From NCBI GenBank assembly GCA_963793265.1, contig CAWBZI010000001.1:160001-224000 (forward strand): 64,000 nt of DNA. Reading direction: 5' to 3'. The stretch is from an uncultured cyanobacterium (GTDB taxonomy: Bacteria > Cyanobacteriota > Cyanobacteriia > Phormidesmidales > Phormidesmidaceae). This document shows, piece after piece, positions 59,455-64,000 of this stretch. Made by a program: the position numbers and the translations under genes. How positions within the stretch are numbered: position 1 is the first letter of the stretch; each line of letters begins with the position of its first letter. A model generated the notes under the pieces. It was not told the DNA's origin. It worked only from the letters and a program-made list of their open reading frames with translations, and did no database searches.

Positions 59455-61668
59455 ATGAAAAGCTGGCGGCATCGATTATGGCAACAGCGGCACATTTTAA
59501 CCATTGCGCCAAGTGTTGCTGGTGTCGTCATATTACTCAGGCTAGCGGGGCTACTACAGGCGTGGGAGTGGGCCGCTTACGATCAGTACACGCGGCTGCG
59601 CCCTGCAATGCCAGTAGATGAGCGCGTTGTGATTGTCGGCATCACTGAAGCCGACGTGAGTGAGATTGGGCAGGCCATTATTCCTGATGGTGTGTATGCC
59701 AAGGTGATTGAAAAACTGCGATCGCAATCTCCCCGAGCCATCGGCCTAGACATCTATCGCGATCTTCCTGTAGAGCCGGGTCACGACAGGCTGGTGAAAG
59801 TATTTGAAACCACGCCCAACCTCATCGGCATTCAAAAAGTTGTTGGCAACGCAGATCGCCAGACCGTATCACCGCCGCCCGCACTTGCCGCACGAGGTCA
59901 AGTGGGCGCAAACGACCTGATTATTGATGCAGACAACACGCTGCGCCGAGGGCTGCTCTCTACCCAAACCGCCGAAGGCACGACAGCCTACAGCCTCAGT
60001 TTGTACCTATCTCTACTGTACTTAGAGGCCGAGGGCATCGGCCCCGAAATGGTTGATGACGATGTTTGGTGGCTGGGCAAAACCCTATTCAAACCATTTG
60101 AAGCCAATGACGGCGGCTACATTCGAGCCGATGCTAGCGGCTACCAGCACTTAATCAACTATAGAGGCGGCGATCGCGCCTTTACCCAAGTCTCCCTGCT
60201 AGACGTATTACACAACCGCATTCCTTCAGACTGGGCCACCGACCGCATCGTCTTAATCGGCGCAGTTGGCGATAGCTTTCAAGATACCGTTTATACGCCC
60301 TACAGCAGCACGCTGCGCTCTATTCCTGAGCCGATGTCAGGCGTAGAAGTTCACGCTAGTGTCACCAGTCAGCTTGTCAGCGCCGCACTAGACGGGCAGG
60401 TGCAGATGCGTAGCTGGCATGAAATTGGTGAGTGGCTTTGGATTTTAGGATGGTCGGGCGTGGGGGCTGGGTTTGTTTGGCAGAGTAGGCAAGCCGGAGG
60501 GCGTTGGAGAAAAGGAGGATTGGGGGTCGCAGCTTTAGGTGTCTTACTAGGTGGCACCTACGCACTCTTCCGCTTTGGCTGGTGGGTGCCTGTCATCCCG
60601 GCTGTGCTCGCTGTCGGTGGATCAGCCATTGCCACAACCGCATACATTGCTCGCAGCGCTCATGACATTCGCCGCACGTTTGGCCGCTACCTCAGCGATG
60701 AAATTGTCACCACGCTTTTAGAAAATCCTGAAGGCCAAAAGCTCGGGGGCGAACGCCGGGAGATTACCATTCTCACCTCCGATCTTAGAGGATTCACCTC
60801 TGCGGCTGAAAGGCTCGCCCCCGAAGTTGTTGTTAAAGTGCTGAACTTTTATTTAGGCGAAATGGCAAAAGTGATCGTGCGTCACAAGGGCACGATTGAT
60901 GAGTATATGGGAGATGGCATTTTGGTGCTATTTGGGGCACCGATTCAGAGAGAAGACGATGCGAAAAGAGCGATCGCCTGCGCTGTAGAAATGCAGCTCA
61001 CGATGGAAGCTGTCAACAAAACTATGAAAAGCTGGAACCTATCTTCTTTGGATATGGGCATTGGCGTTCATACCGGCGAAGTGGTTGTGGGCAACATTGG
61101 CTCCGAGCAGCGGTCAAAATATGGTGTCGTCGGCAGCCCGGTCAATTTGACCTACCGTATAGAATCTGTAACTGTGGGCGGTCAGATATTAATTTCAGAC
61201 GAAACTCTTCAGGCCGCAGGTACAGGTGTACAGACTATCAATCAACAAACGATTATGCCAAAAGGCATTGTCAGACCTGTTGTAGTGCATGAAGTAACAG
61301 GCGTTAGTGAACCCTATCACTTACAGCTAACGAAAGCGACAGAGACTTTTTCGCCACTAGCAGAGCCTCTACTCATTTGCCTACGGCACATCAAAAACAA
61401 GCAGGTCGGCACTGATTCTTTTATCGGTCAAATCGTTGCGCTCTCCGAAAAAGGCGCTTTATTCAAAACAGAAGAATCGGCAGTTCGCACTATCGAAACA
61501 TTGAGCAACTTGAAGATTAATTTTCTGTCACTGGGCTCAGTTACAGCGAGCCAGGACGCCTATGCCAAGGTAATTTCAAAAGATGAGCGCCAGTGCCAGC
61601 TACATATTCATTTTACGGCGCTGCCTGAGGCGATAGCGAGGCAGTTAGAGAAAGCAGTCCGAGCGTAG
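59455..61668 (+). CDS. CHASE2-domain class III adenylate cyclase
   Basis: CHASE2 (IGLDIYRD, GVEVHA); cyclase SDLRGFT, YMGDG, GNIGS, VNLTYRIES. Confidence 0.93.
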   Translation: MKSWRHRLWQQRHILTIAPSVAGVVILLRLAGLLQAWEWAAYDQYTRLRPAMPVDERVVIVGITEADVSEIGQAIIPDGVYAKVIEKLRSQSPRAIGLDIYRDLPVEPGHDRLVKVFETTPNLIGIQKVVGNADRQTVSPPPALAARGQVGANDLIIDADNTLRRGLLSTQTAEGTTAYSLSLYLSLLYLEAEGIGPEMVDDDVWWLGKTLFKPFEANDGGYIRADASGYQHLINYRGGDRAFTQVSLLDVLHNRIPSDWATDRIVLIGAVGDSFQDTVYTPYSSTLRSIPEPMSGVEVHASVTSQLVSAALDGQVQMRSWHEIGEWLWILGWSGVGAGFVWQSRQAGGRWRKGGLGVAALGVLLGGTYALFRFGWWVPVIPAVLAVGGSAIATTAYIARSAHDIRRTFGRYLSDEIVTTLLENPEGQKLGGERREITILTSDLRGFTSAAERLAPEVVVKVLNFYLGEMAKVIVRHKGTIDEYMGDGILVLFGAPIQREDDAKRAIACAVEMQLTMEAVNKTMKSWNLSSLDMGIGVHTGEVVVGNIGSEQRSKYGVVGSPVNLTYRIESVTVGGQILISDETLQAAGTGVQTINQQTIMPKGIVRPVVVHEVTGVSEPYHLQLTKATETFSPLAEPLLICLRHIKNKQVGTDSFIGQIVALSEKGALFKTEESAVRTIETLSNLKINFLSLGSVTASQDAYAKVISKDERQCQLHIHFTALPEAIARQLEKAVRA

Positions 61669-61860
61669 GTCTTTAAACAGTGGCAAACAGCAAATTTTGT
61701 ATACGATGTCACAAAAGCCTCACATGCACACTCAATTATTATGTTTTGTAGCTTGCAATACGGTTTGTAAGCTTGTACAACTTTAGATAGATATTTTATA
61801 AAGCAGCTAAAAAGAAAAATCGCACAAGTACCGCAGCGGACTACCTACCGGGAATTCAAT

Positions 61861-62553
61861 ATGGCCTCTCTCAACCAAGCCTCACGCCCTAACGCTCAAG
61901 CTAGAGATCAGTTCAATGACCTGCACGCTCAGCACACTATCGACAGTGGTGATTTGCTCGTCATTTGTAGCTTAGCCAACGTAGACAATATTTTTGAGCG
62001 CGTAGAGTCTTGGAGCTTCGAGCAGTTTTTTGGATTTGCAGCCTATCTGTTTATCACCACCGACTCGGCGGAGACTCGCCAGCAGCTTGCTCAGATCATG
62101 CCAAAATTTGGTAGCAGAGCGGTGCTATCACTGGTCAAAATTTTGCACCATGCTCAGCTATCAAATGACAATAAGAGCCTGTCGCTAAAAGCGCTAGCAA
62201 CGCAAAGCTTGGGTGCAATGAATCCCTACACCTTTGCGATTGGCCTAACAGAAGTGTTAGCTCAAGATAATGCGGCAGAACTAGGATCTGTTGCAGCTAA
62301 GGCACTGGTAAAAATTAGCTACGAAAGCAGCGACTCTATTCTTTTACTATTGCCTCAACTGCTGCCCGCGAAGTCCTGGCAACTGCTCAAGGCTAAACTT
62401 GTTAGCGAACCTTCTTTTACCAGCATTAAAAAGAGTATTAAAGAAGACACCGAAGCTCAGAAAATGGCGGTCAAAGCGTTGAACAAAATCAACGTCAGCG
62501 CTGATGAGCTGTCCTTTATTGAGAGTCCTCGACCTGTGTCGTATGGCCAGTAA
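61861..62553 (+). CDS. Hypothetical helical (HEAT-repeat-like) protein
   Basis: 230 aa; A..MPKFG..AVLSL, LATQSLG resemble degenerate HEAT repeats. Confidence 0.55.
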   Translation: MASLNQASRPNAQARDQFNDLHAQHTIDSGDLLVICSLANVDNIFERVESWSFEQFFGFAAYLFITTDSAETRQQLAQIMPKFGSRAVLSLVKILHHAQLSNDNKSLSLKALATQSLGAMNPYTFAIGLTEVLAQDNAAELGSVAAKALVKISYESSDSILLLLPQLLPAKSWQLLKAKLVSEPSFTSIKKSIKEDTEAQKMAVKALNKINVSADELSFIESPRPVSYGQ

Positions 62554-63478
62554 GGGCAAAAAACACGTCATCTAAGCTAGGGCGGCGGAGTGAAATATCG
62601 GCTAGCGGAATGTTTGCAGACTCCAGGCGTAGCACTATTTCTGTGAGTGTTTTTGCACCGTCAGGCGCAGCGATCGCAATTGCTTTCCCCTTACCGGCTT
62701 CATCACCCGCCCCACTCACGGTCATATCTCCCATATCAGCCAGCAAGCGCTGCACGCGCGGAATATCTTCTGGATTAGCCAGCCGTAGCTCACAAAATTT
62801 ACCGCCTACTTTGTCTTTAAGTTCGTCAACGGTGCCCTCTGCAATCACCTGCCCTTGATCGATCACAACAATCTGATCGGCTAGCGCATCGGCCTCTTCT
62901 AGATATTGAGTGGTCAAAATGATGGTAATGCCCTGCGCCTTTAAGTCTTGAACAACGGCCCAAAGCTGCTGCCGACTGCGAGGATCGAGGCCGGTAGTGG
63001 GTTCATCTAAAAATAGAACTAAAGGCAGTACAACAATACTCGCGGCCAAATCTAACCGCCGTCGCATACCGCCCGAAAAGGTTTTGACCTGTCGGTTAGC
63101 TGCCTCTGTTAAGTCGAACTGGGCCAGCAGTTCTTGTGCTCTTTTTTTCGCGGCTGCACCTGAAAGCCGCAGCAGCCGGGCAAATAAAATCAGGTTTTCG
63201 CGTGCGGTGAGGGCTTCATCAACGGCGGCAAACTGGCCCGTTAGGCCAATGAGCGATCGCACCGCCTCTGGCTGTGTCACCACATCGTAGCCCGCGATTG
63301 TCGCCGTGCCGCTATCTGGCGTCAGCAGCGTCGTCAGGCAGTTGATTGCCGTCGTTTTTCCGGCTCCGTTAGGCCCCAGTACGCCCAGCACCGTTCCGCT
63401 TGCCGCCGACAGGTTAATCCCACGCAACACTGGCGTATCCCCAAAGCGCTTCGTTAGATTCTTCACCTCTACAATCAT
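62516..63478 (-). CDS. ABC transporter ATP-binding protein (DrrA-like)
   Basis: GPNGAGKTT, FSGGMRRRLD, LFLDEPTTGLDP, LTTQYLEEAD, PSLDDVF..LTG; start MIVEVK assumed. Confidence 0.93.
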   Translation of the reverse strand: MIVEVKNLTKRFGDTPVLRGINLSAASGTVLGVLGPNGAGKTTAINCLTTLLTPDSGTATIAGYDVVTQPEAVRSLIGLTGQFAAVDEALTARENLILFARLLRLSGAAAKKRAQELLAQFDLTEAANRQVKTFSGGMRRRLDLAASIVVLPLVLFLDEPTTGLDPRSRQQLWAVVQDLKAQGITIILTTQYLEEADALADQIVVIDQGQVIAEGTVDELKDKVGGKFCELRLANPEDIPRVQRLLADMGDMTVSGAGDEAGKGKAIAIAAPDGAKTLTEIVLRLESANIPLADISLRRPSLDDVFFALTGHTTQVEDSQ

Positions 63479-63741
63479 CTCTGCCACTAGAGCCACAGAA
63501 TACCTTTCCTTAGGCGATACGCTAAACCAATAACCTAGCATCGTAACCTACCTGCTCCAGCATTATTCTTTCTACAGGGCGAGGCGGTTTTTGGCTAGCT
63601 AAACGAAAATACGTAAAAGCCGCTGTTCATTTTGTAGACAATCCTTCGGTCATAGCGCCGATTACTTTCCCTGATCAGGCTAGCTACGCTTGTTAAGGTT
63701 ACGGCCAGCACTACCGTTCGTTAGAAATCCAGGAAATTTGC

Positions 63742-64000
63742 ATGTCACGTTCGCTTCATCTTTGGTACCAGCAGCAGGCTGCTCGGCTTGCCTACCGCCA
63801 GGGACTTGCCCATGTTCGCCAGGCCGCTCACTCTGAAGCGATCGCAGCATTCACCGAAGCGATAGAAAAGGGATATCAAAAGTCGAACCAGGCGCTATTT
63901 GCCAGGGGTCTTAGCTATGCGCGGATGAGAGATGTAGAGGGCGCGATCGCAGACTTCTCAACCATTATTGACGAGGCTTCGCCAAGCAAAGGGCAGAAGC
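63742..64000 (+). CDS. TPR-repeat protein, N-terminal part (runs off window)
   Basis: Manual translation MSRSLHLWY...YRQG...EAIAAFTEAI...ALFARGLSY......GAIADFSTII, no stop; absent from the ORF track. Confidence 0.8.
   Translation, partial: MSRSLHLWYQQQAARLAYRQGLAHVRQAAHSEAIAAFTEAIEKGYQKSNQALFARGLSYARMRDVEGAIADFSTIIDEASPSKGQK

Overview
Chromosomal segment of a cyanobacterium: it carries ndhF1/ndhD1, ccdA-ccs1, nblA and a helical carotenoid protein gene, and the HIP1 octamer GCGATCGC is abundant. Gene style suggests a Leptolyngbya/Phormidesmis/Synechococcus PCC 7335-like lineage (inference). Housekeeping genes (ndhF1, ndhD1, ftsW, ccdA, ccs1, rfbCDAB, dps, gatB, mnmE) alternate with accessory blocks. 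(i) A 5-kb insert between ndhF1 and ndhD1 holds DUF29, VOC, DUF296, a decayed MscS-DEP gene, DUF3134, nblA and a methyltransferase. (ii) A surface-glycan cluster includes kdsC and two tandem 2OG-Fe(II) oxygenases. (iii) A fused MNT-HEPN gene follows. (iv) An MFP-RND-P450 operon sits next to a frameshifted secondary topA. (v) A promoter plus a ~225-nt multi-hairpin leader precedes an 82-aa ORF beside a DUF4258/YgiT pair. (vi) A GNAT-cNMP / TPS-CHAT / DUF928 / CHASE2-adenylate cyclase block lies in inverted orientation between the ATPase and permease genes of a DrrABC-like ABC exporter. The best non-annotated candidates are the structured C4/CI-like leader (49690-49926), a ~60-nt NsiR1-like sRNA after gatB (31452-31511), and the cNMP-linked acyltransferase-cyclase-protease operon. 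No rRNA, tRNA, CRISPR array or transposase was recognised. All family calls are from motif recognition by eye; no searches were run.
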